Shown: positions 29,748 to 40,092 of the stretch, piece after piece
Layout: the number at the start of each line of letters is the position of its first letter
Position numbering within the stretch: position 1 is the first letter of the stretch
Source: Candidatus Kapaibacterium sp.
Lineage (GTDB): Bacteria > Bacteroidota > Ignavibacteria > Kapaibacteriales > UBA2268
Assembly: GCA_963664875.1 (NCBI GenBank)
Contig: OY761611.1
Location: 3,136,001-3,200,000 of the forward strand
Reading direction: 5' to 3'
DNA: 64,000 nucleotides
Program-made: the position numbers and the translations under genes
The notes under the pieces: generated by a model
Databases searched by the model: none
Seen by the model: only the letters and a program-made list of their open reading frames with translations
Told to the model about the DNA's origin: nothing

Positions 29748-30536
29748 TTATATATAAAATTCTAATCCGTCGTACGCAAGATTTCTGCCTTTAGGTAAGC
29801 AGCTTTCAACATCACCGTGCTTAATTTGGTGTGCTATGTGCGTAAAATAAGTTTGTTTGATGCCCAGCTTCTCTGCGATGTCGAGAGATTCCCGAAGGCA
29901 GTAGTGGGTTTCGTGTTTCTCGTGTCTTAGAGCATCAATTATAAGATAGTCTTTGCCACGAAGCAATTCCATAGACTCTTCGGGGATAAAATTAGTATCT
30001 GTACAGTAAGCAAAATTATTCACAATGAAACCTATGACCTCCAATTTACCGTGAAGCAATCGTATTGGCATAAAGTCAATATCACCTATTCTGAATGGAA
30101 TGTACGGTTCTATGTGAATCATCTCTAGATGGGGCACTCCACCGCCTACCTGCTCCGGCTCCTCAAAAGCATATATAAATACCCGCTTTAATTCCTTAAA
30201 TGTTTTCGGAGTTGCATACACAGGCATTATCTGCTTATTGAAAAAATTCAATGGTCTTATATCGTCAAAGCCGCTAATGTGATCAAAATGATGATGCGTA
30301 AAAAGAATTGCATCAATCTTTCTGATTTTGTGTTTTAGCATCTGAGCTCTGAAGTCTGAGGATGTATCTATCAGCACAGTAGTGCTGTCTGATTGGATTA
30401 GAAGCGAACTTCTTGTGCGATTGTCTTTTGGGTCATCAGATGTGCAGGTTGGGCAGTCGCAAGCGATAGTCGGCACTCCCATCGAAGTGCCGCTACCCAA
30501 TACAGTAATTTTGATTTTAGAGGTGCTTGTGTGCAT
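29748..30536 (-). CDS. MBL-fold metallohydrolase (PhnP-like)
   Basis: LGSGTSMGVP..CDCPTC, THHHFDH. Confidence 0.9.
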   Translation of the reverse strand: MHTSTSKIKITVLGSGTSMGVPTIACDCPTCTSDDPKDNRTRSSLLIQSDSTTVLIDTSSDFRAQMLKHKIRKIDAILFTHHHFDHISGFDDIRPLNFFNKQIMPVYATPKTFKELKRVFIYAFEEPEQVGGGVPHLEMIHIEPYIPFRIGDIDFMPIRLLHGKLEVIGFIVNNFAYCTDTNFIPEESMELLRGKDYLIIDALRHEKHETHYCLRESLDIAEKLGIKQTYFTHIAHQIKHGDVESCLPKGRNLAYDGLEFYI

Positions 30537-31383
30537 GGTAAGAACTCCTCACCAGTGGAGCAGATTCGACTATATCAAATCCCATCTCCAAACCAATTTC
30601 TTTATATTCATCAAAGCGACGAAGAGAAACATATTCCTCTACCGGCAAATGCTCCTTGGTAGGTTGCAGATACTGACCAATAGTCATAATATCAACATTG
30701 GCATTTCTGATTTCTCTCATTGCTTGTATTACTTCTTCTTTAGTTTCACCAAGTCCAACCATTATTCCGGTTTTAGTGCGGAAGCCTTTTTCTTTTGCCC
30801 ATCTGAGTACGTTGAGAGACTGATGAAAGTCTGCTTTCGGCCGCACTCTTTGGTAAAGACGTGGGACTGTTTCTACATTGTGATTTAGTACATCAGGTCC
30901 TGCAGCCAAGACAGTATAAAGAGCTTCCTTATCGCCTTGGAAATCAGGAATAAGTACTTCCATAGTTATCCCGGGATTTACTTCTTTAGTTCTTGCGATT
31001 ACTTTAGCCCAGTGCTCAGCACCACCATCTTTAAGGTCATCTCTTGTTACAGAAGTGATAACCACGTGCTTTAGCTCCATAGATTTGACTGTTTGAGCTA
31101 CATTATCTGGCTCGCTTTCGTCGGGGACTATAGGTTTACCGGTTTTAACAGCACAAAATCTACAGGCACGATTGCAAATATCACCAAGAATAAGAAATGT
31201 AGCAGTTTTCGAAGCCCAGCACTCCGACAAGTTAGGGCATTTTGCTTCCTGGCACACAGTGTGTAGCTTATGTCCGCTCATCAAAGTTTTGACTTCTTTA
31301 TAGTTTTCGCCGGATGGCGGAGTTATTTTTAACCAAGAAGGCCGACTTTGTCGTGCCGGCCTTTCGTGTTGAGGATTACTCAT
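30517..31383 (-). CDS. lipA: Lipoyl synthase
   Basis: CQEAKCPNLSEC, CNRACRFC, RSSY. Confidence 0.98.
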   Translation of the reverse strand: MSNPQHERPARQSRPSWLKITPPSGENYKEVKTLMSGHKLHTVCQEAKCPNLSECWASKTATFLILGDICNRACRFCAVKTGKPIVPDESEPDNVAQTVKSMELKHVVITSVTRDDLKDGGAEHWAKVIARTKEVNPGITMEVLIPDFQGDKEALYTVLAAGPDVLNHNVETVPRLYQRVRPKADFHQSLNVLRWAKEKGFRTKTGIMVGLGETKEEVIQAMREIRNANVDIMTIGQYLQPTKEHLPVEEYVSLRRFDEYKEIGLEMGFDIVESAPLVRSSYHAHKHL

Positions 31384-31392
31384 TTTAATATT

Positions 31393-32253
31393 TTACCCTA
31401 AATAAGATCTCAAAGATTTAGATCTTGAAGCGTGGCGCAACCTGCGAATAGCTTTTTCTTTGATTTGTCTAACACGTTCGCGTGTCAAACCAAATTTTTC
31501 GCCGATTTCTTCTAATGTGAGGCACTGATCTTCAAGTCCAAAATACAATTTGATAACTTCACTTTCTCTGGTAGAAAGAGTTGTAAGTACCTGCTGCACT
31601 TCGCGTTTCAATGATTCGCGAATCAGCTCAGAGTCTGGTGGTGGTTGCTGTTCGTTAGGGAGCACGTCAAGCAGACGGTTATCTTCACCCTGAACAAAAG
31701 GAGCATCCACAGAAAGATGGCGTCCTGAAATTTTGATAGTTTCAGCGATTTCGGAAACGCTCATATTAAGCTCGTCTGCAAGCTCAGCTGCAGTCGGTTC
31801 TCTTTCGAATTCCTGTTCTAATTCGCTAAACTTCTTACCAATTTTATTCAGAGCACCTACTCTGTTGAGCGGAAGTCTTACAATACGAGATTGTTCAGCT
31901 AATGCCTGCAATATCGATTGGCGAATCCACCAAACAGCATAAGAGATAAATTTGAAACCACGAGTCTCATCAAATCTTTTTGCAGCTTTGATTAGACCTA
32001 AGTTTCCTTCATTGATTAAATCACCAAGGGATAGACCTTGATTTTGATATTGTTTCGCAACGGAAACAACGAATCGTAAGTTTGCTTTTACAAGTCTTTC
32101 AAGAGCTCTTTTACCTTCGTATCCGCCTTTTTTAATTAATTGGGCTAACTCTATCTCATCTTCCGGAGTAAGGAGTTCTACCCTTCCGATTTCCTGAAGG
32201 TATTTGTCAAGAGATTGACTTTCACGATTCGTGTATTGTTTTGTTATCCTCAT
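31393..32253 (-). CDS. rpoD: Primary sigma factor, short Bacteroidota/Chlorobi type lacking region 1.1
   Basis: [42 protein letters not shown]; 286 aa. Confidence 0.92.
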   Translation of the reverse strand: MRITKQYTNRESQSLDKYLQEIGRVELLTPEDEIELAQLIKKGGYEGKRALERLVKANLRFVVSVAKQYQNQGLSLGDLINEGNLGLIKAAKRFDETRGFKFISYAVWWIRQSILQALAEQSRIVRLPLNRVGALNKIGKKFSELEQEFEREPTAAELADELNMSVSEIAETIKISGRHLSVDAPFVQGEDNRLLDVLPNEQQPPPDSELIRESLKREVQQVLTTLSTRESEVIKLYFGLEDQCLTLEEIGEKFGLTRERVRQIKEKAIRRLRHASRSKSLRSYLG

Positions 32254-32369
32254 AGATAAACCAATGTGTATAACTTTATTTTAGAAATAAGTCAAGATAG
32301 TAACGAAACAAGCTAAATAATATTAGCTAAGCGAGGTGCAAATATACTATATTTCTGATACTTAACCGC

Positions 32370-33974
32370 TTAATGTCTGTTAATGCTATCTTTAGTGTCA
32401 TTTAAAAGCAAATCTTTATAGGCTTCCTCACTCAGCAAATCCTGTGCAAAGGGAATCTCTCTATCATACTGTAAAATAAGTTGCTTATAGCTGTCAGAAT
32501 CGGTTACTCTCTTTGCTTTTTCTATGGCTATTCGCGACTGTATATCGTCTTTTGAAGTTACAATTATTTCTTTTATACTTTTCCACAAATTATCCTCAAG
32601 TGTCTTCGGATTTATACCGTAATTCTCGAAAGACTCTTTTAGCTTGTTTGCTTCCATAGAAAGAAACAGACTGTTGTATTTTTTAGTCTCATCAAGCCAT
32701 TTGATAAAAGAATTTATGTCGCTATTTATTATACGATTATTTTCAAGATAGTTCACAAATTCGAAAATAACATTGGAAGCTACCGCATCTTCGGCTATAT
32801 ACTTGAATTTGTAATCTGTAAGTGATGTATCAGGATGTATTCCGTCTGATTCGATAACCGGTCTGCCTCCGTCTGTATAGAAAATACTGTCTTTGTGTAT
32901 TTCTTCCTTCACATGCTTACCACCATAACCTGATTTTTGGATACACCTGCCTGATGGAGTAAAGTAGCGGGCTGTTGTTATTTTCATATCAGCATCATGT
33001 GGCAATGAGATGACTGACTGTACAAGTCCTTTGCCAAATGATTTGCGTCCTACTATTACAGCTCTGTCGTGATCCTGCATTGCACCTGCTAAAACTTCAC
33101 TTGCACTTGCCGAACCTTCGTCCAACAATATCGCCATAGGCAAATCCGGATACTCAGGGTCGTCTAATACTCTGTATTCTCTTTGCGAGCGGGCAGAATA
33201 GCCTTTGGTTTTAACTACTATTGAACCCATCGGCAAAAACATTTCGCTAATTTCTATCGCTGAAGTAAGTAGCCCACCGGGATTGCCCCTTAGGTCTATT
33301 ATTAAACCTTTCAATGTAGTTTCTTCAGCCAAATTACTCAGTGCGTTTTTAAACTCAGAAGTTGACTGAGTTGTAAATCTGCTCAATTTGATATACGCAA
33401 TGTCCGATGGAAGCAGTTGGTGATAGTCTATGTCAGGAACTTTTATTACGTTTCTGGTAAGCAGCAAATCGAGAGTATCGTTCCCGGCAAGTTTGATAAC
33501 TTTGAAAACTGCCTTAGAGCCTGCTTTGCCCCTTGTATATTTTTTCAAATCACCTGCGTCTAAAAACAACACATTATTCGAGTCTATGCTGACTATCTTA
33601 TCTCCCGGAGTGATCCCTGAAGTTTGAGCAGAATAGCCTTTGACTACATCGGTAATAGTAAGCATACTATCTATATTTCTCACAGAAAAACCAAAGCCTA
33701 CATAAGTTCCGTGTGTGAGGAACTGAATGTCGTCCGAATCCTCATTGTCATAGTATTCTGTGTACTTATCCAGCCCGGAAGTCATGCCGTTTATTGCATC
33801 TTTCAAAAGTATATCCGGGTCAGTTTCTACAACATAAGTTGATGAAACAGCTTCGAAAACCGCCGAAAAAATGTCGAATGCTTTGTTTATTTTCAGATAA
33901 TACAAATCTGCTGCACCTAAAAAGAGTGCAGCAGTTATCGTAATCAGTAATATTTTAAGCTTAGGGCTTTTCAT
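32370..33974 (-). CDS. S41 carboxy-terminal processing protease (CtpA/Prc family)
   Basis: PDZ domain, DLRGNPGG, SASASE, FGKGLVQ. Confidence 0.93.
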   Translation of the reverse strand: MKSPKLKILLITITAALFLGAADLYYLKINKAFDIFSAVFEAVSSTYVVETDPDILLKDAINGMTSGLDKYTEYYDNEDSDDIQFLTHGTYVGFGFSVRNIDSMLTITDVVKGYSAQTSGITPGDKIVSIDSNNVLFLDAGDLKKYTRGKAGSKAVFKVIKLAGNDTLDLLLTRNVIKVPDIDYHQLLPSDIAYIKLSRFTTQSTSEFKNALSNLAEETTLKGLIIDLRGNPGGLLTSAIEISEMFLPMGSIVVKTKGYSARSQREYRVLDDPEYPDLPMAILLDEGSASASEVLAGAMQDHDRAVIVGRKSFGKGLVQSVISLPHDADMKITTARYFTPSGRCIQKSGYGGKHVKEEIHKDSIFYTDGGRPVIESDGIHPDTSLTDYKFKYIAEDAVASNVIFEFVNYLENNRIINSDINSFIKWLDETKKYNSLFLSMEANKLKESFENYGINPKTLEDNLWKSIKEIIVTSKDDIQSRIAIEKAKRVTDSDSYKQLILQYDREIPFAQDLLSEEAYKDLLLNDTKDSINRH

Positions 33975-33987
33975 ATATGTCTTTGTG

Positions 33988-35409
33988 TTATTTTGTCATT
34001 TTGTCAAACAAGTAAGTTTTTAGTTTGTCAACCGAAACTCTTTCCTGCTGCATAGTGTCTCTTTCTCTGACAGTTACTGTATTGTCCTCTAAAGTCTGTC
34101 CATCTACAGTAATGCAGAAAGGAGTTCCTATCTCGTCTTGACGGCGGTATCTTCTACCTATTGCACCGCTCGTGTCGTACTGTGCTTTGAAATGTTTCTG
34201 CAAGTCTTTATAGATTGGGTGTGCTTTTTCAGGCATACCGTCTTTGTTGACAAGAGGAAATACTGCAACAGTTACAGGAGCCAAACGTGGGTGGAAGCGA
34301 AGTACTGTTCTTACTTCTTCTTTGCCGTTTTCATCTGTTACTGTTTCTTCTTCATAAGCATTGCAAAGGAACGCCATCAAACCGCGAGATACACCACCGG
34401 ATGTTTCTACTACATACGGAATAAATCTGTCTTTGTTCACAGTGTCCACATATTCCATTTTTTTATTGGAATGTTCGAAGTGGGAGCGAAGGTCAAAATC
34501 AGTACGTGAATGGATACCTTCTATTTCGCCCCAGCCAAACGGGAACTCAAATTCGATATCAGTAGCTTTGTTAGCATAATGAGCCAATTTATCATGATCT
34601 TTCCATCTCATTTTTTCAGGCTTCATGCCAAGTTCCTGATACCAATTCCATCTGATTTCTTTCCAATAGTCAAACCATTCGAATTCTGTGCCCGGTTTGC
34701 AGAAAAACTGCATTTCCATCTGCTCAAACTCGCGAGTACGGAAAAGGAAGTTTTTAGTGTTGATTTCATTACGGAATGCTTTACCAATTTGTGCTATACC
34801 AAAAGGTACTTTTTGGCGAGCAGTTTCCATAACGTTTTTAAAGTTAACAAAGATACCCTGAGCTGACTCCGGTCTTAGAAATACAGTCGAACCTGTATCT
34901 TCCACCGGACCTACAAATGTTTTGAACATGAGGTTGAAGTTTCTTACTTCAGTCCAATCCATTGTGCCTGAAACAGGGTCTTTGATTTCGTATTTCATTA
35001 TTATATCGTAGTAATCAGAGTTATCATCGCATTTAGCAAGAGCTGCCTCAATTTCGTCGGCAAGTTCGTTTTTCTTTTTGCTTCTCATTTTAGCGATAAA
35101 ATCTTCTATCAAATTATCTGCTCTGTGGCGAGACTTGCTTGTTTTGTTATCAATCATAGGGTCGGAAAACTGTTTAGTGTGTCCTGAGGCTTCCCAAGTG
35201 CGAGGGTGCATTAGGATAGATGCATCTATTCCTTCTACATCATCGCGAAATGTCATGGCTTTCCACCATGCTTCTTTTAGATTTAGCAGCAATTCGACAC
35301 CGAGTGGACCGTAATCCCAGCAACCATTCAAACCACCATAAATTTCAGAAGATTGGAATACAAATCCTCTTCTTTTCGCCAAAGAGATGATAGTATCTAA
35401 TTTGTACAT
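33988..35409 (-). CDS. glyQS: Glycine--tRNA ligase (homodimeric type)
   Basis: KRRGFVFQSSEIYGG, LRPESAQG, FRTREFEQME, IGRRYRRQDEIGTP. Confidence 0.97.
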   Translation of the reverse strand: MYKLDTIISLAKRRGFVFQSSEIYGGLNGCWDYGPLGVELLLNLKEAWWKAMTFRDDVEGIDASILMHPRTWEASGHTKQFSDPMIDNKTSKSRHRADNLIEDFIAKMRSKKKNELADEIEAALAKCDDNSDYYDIIMKYEIKDPVSGTMDWTEVRNFNLMFKTFVGPVEDTGSTVFLRPESAQGIFVNFKNVMETARQKVPFGIAQIGKAFRNEINTKNFLFRTREFEQMEMQFFCKPGTEFEWFDYWKEIRWNWYQELGMKPEKMRWKDHDKLAHYANKATDIEFEFPFGWGEIEGIHSRTDFDLRSHFEHSNKKMEYVDTVNKDRFIPYVVETSGGVSRGLMAFLCNAYEEETVTDENGKEEVRTVLRFHPRLAPVTVAVFPLVNKDGMPEKAHPIYKDLQKHFKAQYDTSGAIGRRYRRQDEIGTPFCITVDGQTLEDNTVTVRERDTMQQERVSVDKLKTYLFDKMTK

Positions 35410-35498
35410 TTTCTTTGTCCTTATATATAAAATATCTGTTTCATACTTTTGCCAAAGTACAAATTTATAAGAATGGTTACAAAATGCCTAATATTTTG

Positions 35499-36146
35499 CT
35501 AAGTCAGCGAAAAATAGTCTCTGTTCGAATCATTAAATATTTGAACTACTCCGGCACGAACCAGACGTATAAGTAGTCTTGACGCACGCCTTTCGGAAAT
35601 ATTCACCAACCTTGCGAAATCTTTTACTGTAGCTTTTTCATTCTTTTCTAAAAATCTGAATAGTCGCCTCTCTTTATCTCCGATGCTGAGTGTGAGCGGA
35701 GAATTATTGGTACGATAGGTCATCAGCCTGTACATTTCACGGCTTGCTATTACTGATTTCTCGCCAATTCGGATATAGGAGCGTTTGAGGGTTTTATTGT
35801 TTTTAGTGTCGAAAACTTCTATGTGGTGAGGTTTTTCGGTGCTTTCGGGGATGTAAACAGCAACCACTTCTTTTCGTTTTACCTCTATAACTTCTATTTC
35901 GTATGCCACAGGCGGATCTATAAAAAACTCACAACTTGTCTCGATAACGCTTATTTCTGCTTTTTCGCTATGGACTCCGACTATCTTTCCGTCATCGTCA
36001 ACTCCCACCAGCAACCACCCGCCTTTTGTGTTTGCCAGTGCAGAAATCTCTTTGGCAAACTTCTCCGGTGTGGTAGTCTTTCTTTTGAATTCGAGAGTAG
36101 TGGATTCGCCTTTTGCGATGAGTTCTTTGAGCTTTTGAGGTGCCAT
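35499..36146 (-). CDS. Schlafen/AlbA_2 domain protein with C-terminal winged HTH
   Basis: GESTTLEFK, ALANTKGGWLLVGVDDDG; ATVKDFARLVNISERRA; start at MAPQK. Confidence 0.85.
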   Translation of the reverse strand: MAPQKLKELIAKGESTTLEFKRKTTTPEKFAKEISALANTKGGWLLVGVDDDGKIVGVHSEKAEISVIETSCEFFIDPPVAYEIEVIEVKRKEVVAVYIPESTEKPHHIEVFDTKNNKTLKRSYIRIGEKSVIASREMYRLMTYRTNNSPLTLSIGDKERRLFRFLEKNEKATVKDFARLVNISERRASRLLIRLVRAGVVQIFNDSNRDYFSLT

Positions 36147-36326
36147 GATGTTACTCTCAGGGTTGTGGTACTTCTTTATAGACGCGTTACAATCTCTAAG
36201 GTTGCAACTGAAAATATAAAAAAAGCTCAAAAAGAAAAAATAAATAAGATTTAAAGAGCTTCACATAATATGAACCCTAATCTATCTGTTATACTTGTAA
36301 GTGGTATAGTCTATATAGGATTAGAT

Positions 36327-36350
36327 AAAAGCAGCCCGAAAACTGCTTTT
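36327..36350. terminator. Intrinsic terminator after the TonB receptor
   Basis: AAAAGCAG-CCCGAAAA-CTGCTTTT. Confidence 0.6.
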
Positions 36351-36408
36351 ATTAAAACGTCAAAATGTGGAATACTTTTTATAAATACTTTGTGTAATAG
36401 CGGAAATG

Positions 36409-38601
36409 TTATTGCAGATATAATTCGTACTGCAATTTGAGATTTATCCCTCTTTCAGGCATTATTTTTCTGATTCTTGAAAGATGATTGTAATATTCTC
36501 TGTCGAATATATTATCTATCCTAAATGAAACTGTATTGTAGGCAGTAAGTGCCATAAATGAATACCTTCCATAGATTCCTGTTATGAAATATGATGAAGT
36601 AGCTAACTCAAATTTGTCAACTCTTTCCTGTGAATCTGCGTACTCCGCATTTATTCCCAGCTCAAACTCATTATTGAGATACTGCAGTTCCAAAAATGAT
36701 TTGAATGGAGGAATCTGAGGTAAAGGCATATTCTCTGATTTATTATTACCTATCGTGTAACTCAAATTAGCAATAAAGCGGATACATTTACAAATTTTAT
36801 GATCTAGTTTAGCTTCTATGCCATATAGTTCGGCTTCTACTCCTTTGCTTTGGTAGATTGGTAGCAGTTGACTGTAATTGATTTTCCCGGTGTTGGAGGA
36901 AGAGATAAAATAAGGCAAATAATTATAAAATCCGGTTATTGAAGCAAATACCAAGTCTGACTGCCAATATGCGAATAGTTCGCTACCGTAGCCGTATTCT
37001 CCTTCCAAATCAGGATTGCCTGTTTCGTAGGAGTAAGCTGCAAGATGAGGTCCTTGGCTATAAAGCTCCTCTATAGAAGGTGCTCTTGATGTTCTCGAAA
37101 GATTAGCTCCAAAAAAAATGTTTTTAAAAGTTTCTTTCAGCATCGAAACGGACGCAGAAACAGAGTGAAAGGTTCTGCTCCTTACCGGAAATGACGTTGC
37201 AGCATAGCTTTGGTCAGGGGTAAAATTGTCGTAGCCATATCTAAAAGCAAACTGAAACATATATTCGCCCAGATTAAAATCCTCAAAAAAGTAAGGTGCA
37301 AAAGATGTATTGCTTGTTGGAGGTGTAAAGACAAAACCGCCTAACTTCAAATCCCGATAGTTGAAAAACAGACCCATAGTGCCAAAGTCAAATATGCCGT
37401 AGTTCTTTTGATTCGCTTTCAAATCCAAAGAAAAATCTCTGAATACAAATTCAGCTCCTATAGCTCCATTTGACTCGTATTCGGTATGCTTATAATAATT
37501 TCGCACCAAATCCAGCGAAAAATTATCAATAAACTCACGATGAATGTCTAAGGTCAGTTTTGCTGCATATTTTCTTTTGAGCATTTCTATATCTACACCC
37601 TTGGGGTGTGCACCCACAAACCCACCGGGGATGCCGTAGTTTGAGCTAAACTCGCTCACAGAGGCACCTGCTGAAAAGTCAGGCATTAAGTAAGCTGCTC
37701 CGAAATTGTAGCTTGAAGTTTTAAGCTCTGTATTCTCGAGCACTCCGAGAGGGGAGTGCATATCTCCTGCATTCCTGTGCGAATATGAACCCTTCAATAC
37801 AAAATCAGAAACAGGGATTATAGCTTTTAGATAAGCAAGTTTGCTGTTGTTTGCCGATTCGTAAGAGGTATTGGCGATAAAAGTATTCTCAGAGAGCTTT
37901 TCCTGAGGGATGTCATTTTTAACTACATTTACCACTCCACCAATTGTTGAGTTTGTACTCAGCAACACTTTAGGTCCTCTAATTACTTCAATCTTTTCAG
38001 CTCCCGATGGCTCTACCGTTACTGCATGGTCTGGAGAAGAAGCTGACATATCTGAGACAGGTTCGTTGTCCTGACTAAGCATGATTCTATTTCCTCCGAG
38101 GCCTCTTATAACAGGTCTCGCCGGTGCAGGCCCCATAGATCTGACTGCAATGCCGGCTTCGTTTTTGAGAGTTGCGGCAATAGAAATACCTATCTGTTTT
38201 TGTAGATCTTTCCCATCGAGTTTATTTGCATGCTGCGAGAGCTCCATAAATTTTGAAGCAGTGTTATTGCCTTTAACTACAACGCGGGCGGTGGTTACAC
38301 CTTTAGGAGTCATCTTAAGAACAAAAGGACTCGCCTTTTCTGATTCACTGATTCTTACTATTCGCCTTTGGCTGATGTATCCGATTCGTCTGAATTGCAA
38401 GAAATATTCACCCGGCTCTATAGACTTTATCTCAAATTTCCCATCCTCGTCAGTAACTATCTTTATAGAAGTCTTTTCGACACTGATTATGACATTATCA
38501 ATCGGAGACTCGGATTCTTCGTCTATAACAATACCTGCCAGATCCGCTCCCAAAAGGGGCAGACCTGACAGAATAAAGATAAAAGCAACTATATATTTCA
38601 T
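36409..38601 (-). CDS. TonB-dependent receptor, ZnuD-like metal uptake type
   Basis: Carboxypeptidase-regulatory-like N-domain; plug RPVIRG..SPDHAV; ELYSQGPHLA; YYNHLSR. Confidence 0.85.
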   Translation of the reverse strand: MKYIVAFIFILSGLPLLGADLAGIVIDEESESPIDNVIISVEKTSIKIVTDEDGKFEIKSIEPGEYFLQFRRIGYISQRRIVRISESEKASPFVLKMTPKGVTTARVVVKGNNTASKFMELSQHANKLDGKDLQKQIGISIAATLKNEAGIAVRSMGPAPARPVIRGLGGNRIMLSQDNEPVSDMSASSPDHAVTVEPSGAEKIEVIRGPKVLLSTNSTIGGVVNVVKNDIPQEKLSENTFIANTSYESANNSKLAYLKAIIPVSDFVLKGSYSHRNAGDMHSPLGVLENTELKTSSYNFGAAYLMPDFSAGASVSEFSSNYGIPGGFVGAHPKGVDIEMLKRKYAAKLTLDIHREFIDNFSLDLVRNYYKHTEYESNGAIGAEFVFRDFSLDLKANQKNYGIFDFGTMGLFFNYRDLKLGGFVFTPPTSNTSFAPYFFEDFNLGEYMFQFAFRYGYDNFTPDQSYAATSFPVRSRTFHSVSASVSMLKETFKNIFFGANLSRTSRAPSIEELYSQGPHLAAYSYETGNPDLEGEYGYGSELFAYWQSDLVFASITGFYNYLPYFISSSNTGKINYSQLLPIYQSKGVEAELYGIEAKLDHKICKCIRFIANLSYTIGNNKSENMPLPQIPPFKSFLELQYLNNEFELGINAEYADSQERVDKFELATSSYFITGIYGRYSFMALTAYNTVSFRIDNIFDREYYNHLSRIRKIMPERGINLKLQYELYLQ

Positions 38602-38604
38602 TTT

Positions 38605-39066
38605 TTATGGCTTAACTACTTCTACAGGAATTTTTGGTGATTTGAAATCAGGATGATCATTGTGCAATATTCTGATTTCCAAATCTGTTGTACCTTCTTT
38701 TAAAGCTTCAAGCTCAAACATCCATTTTTGTTCGCTGTCCGGTATCAGCTTCAAGACTGTTTCATCTCCTATCAGCCAACCGAGTGATTTATCTGTGTCA
38801 TCAGTCTGAAACTCGTCGCCGTCATGATCGAGGAAAAATACCTCCAATGCCGGCATTGAGGAGCCTTCGTCGAGGGTTATTTTTTTAGCATACAGTTCTT
38901 CGAATTCGCCTTCGAAAATTCGCATGATGGTATTGCCCGAATATTTGATTACAATGCCTTCTGCTTCTGCGTGGTCGTGCTGGTCAGAAACAGGATCGTC
39001 TTCGGAACAAGAGATAAAAGCAAAAGCCATTAAGGCAAATAAGATAGCACTAATTATTGATTTCAT
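38605..39066 (-). CDS. Metal-binding lipoprotein
   Basis: Lipobox FISC; HDHAEAEG, LDHDG, HNDHPD. Confidence 0.8.
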   Translation of the reverse strand: MKSIISAILFALMAFAFISCSEDDPVSDQHDHAEAEGIVIKYSGNTIMRIFEGEFEELYAKKITLDEGSSMPALEVFFLDHDGDEFQTDDTDKSLGWLIGDETVLKLIPDSEQKWMFELEALKEGTTDLEIRILHNDHPDFKSPKIPVEVVKP

Positions 39067-39187
39067 TTTTTTTATCCTTTATAAAACTGAATATTACATT
39101 TACCATTTGTGGTCTTAATTTATCTATATTTTCTATCGGACTATAGATTCGTCTCTCTAAGGATTACATTCCCTATGGTCGAACATA

Positions 39188-39477
39188 GAGGCTGTCTCAT
39201 AAGTAGAAAAAAGTGATTTAAACAAGAACGACTACCCCGCCCTTTCAGGGCACCCCTTTACTTCGGCAAGCTCAGTACGTCGCTTCCCAAGAAGGGGAAT
39301 ATAATGCGTTTTTAATTCTTTTAACTACTTTAAATAAAAGCAGTTAAAAATTCCCCTCTTGAGCGATGTGCTGAGCGAGCACAGCGAGTCGAAGTAGGGT
39401 GGCATGCGTAGCATGACGGGGTGGAATAATACCACAGTATGATTTTGTACCCAATTTTTGACTTGTGAGACAGCCTC
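39188..39477. mobile_element. MITE-like element with nested REP-like palindromes
   Basis: 17-bp TIR GAGGCTGTCTCA(T/C)AAGT; flanking CGAACATA/CAAACATA (7/8); internal inverted arms 39233-39300 and 39350-39424. Confidence 0.7.
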
Positions 39478-39619
39478 CAAACATAACCCATAGCACATAA
39501 ACTAAATAAATGCTAAGAAGTATTATCTTCAGACCAATCGAAAATAATAACATACACGAATCATAGCCATGCCGGCATTATGCTGCAGTGTAAGAGATAT
39601 TGCGAAATTGTAATAAGTT

Positions 39620-39970
39620 TTATAAAAGGGGAGGGTCTTTATTGGCAAAGTTGATACTGTAATCCAAAGTGGCAAGTATCGGTAACGTAGCTTCTAATTT
39701 CTCATCAGGAGCAAAAAACACGAAGTTGTAAAGCTGGACTAACGAGAGTATGGAATTTACATTGATAAACTTGCAAACATTACAGTTGACGGCTTTATTT
39801 TCGTCGCTACTGTCTGTTGTTTGAGTTGCTTCCGTAGAGCATCTTTCGGAGCAGCAATGATTTTCATGAGTATGAAAAAATGGAGTATAAACAATATTAA
39901 GTATTGTTGCAGCCAAAAAAGCTACAAGAGAGCGTCTAAATAGTACCAATATCGTCTTTTTGTTTTTCAT
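39620..39970 (-). CDS. DUF2946/CruR/CutF-like small protein (putative metal-responsive uORF)
   Basis: Basic then hydrophobic N-terminus, HTHENHCC, CNVC, C-terminal NKDPPLL; upstream of lipoprotein and TonB receptor. Confidence 0.7.
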   Translation of the reverse strand: MKNKKTILVLFRRSLVAFLAATILNIVYTPFFHTHENHCCSERCSTEATQTTDSSDENKAVNCNVCKFINVNSILSLVQLYNFVFFAPDEKLEATLPILATLDYSINFANKDPPLL

Positions 39971-40007
39971 AAGTAGCAGTTACAACGTATGAATTTTATA
40001 ATTGTTG

Positions 40008-40042
40008 AAAAAAAAGTCCGAAAGATATATCTTTCAGACTTT
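40008..40042 (-). terminator. Intrinsic terminator of the tatD fusion gene
   Basis: AAAGTCCGAAAGAT-AT-ATCTTTCAGACTTT preceded by A-run. Confidence 0.7.
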
Positions 40043-40092
40043 GCTATATTTTTTATTATTCTCTAAATACTTAGTACTAAAAGTAGTTCATG

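Noticed and set aside
39344-39553. 69-aa ORF between the uORF and the lipoprotein gene
   Set aside because: Runs into the MITE palindromes and has no family features.
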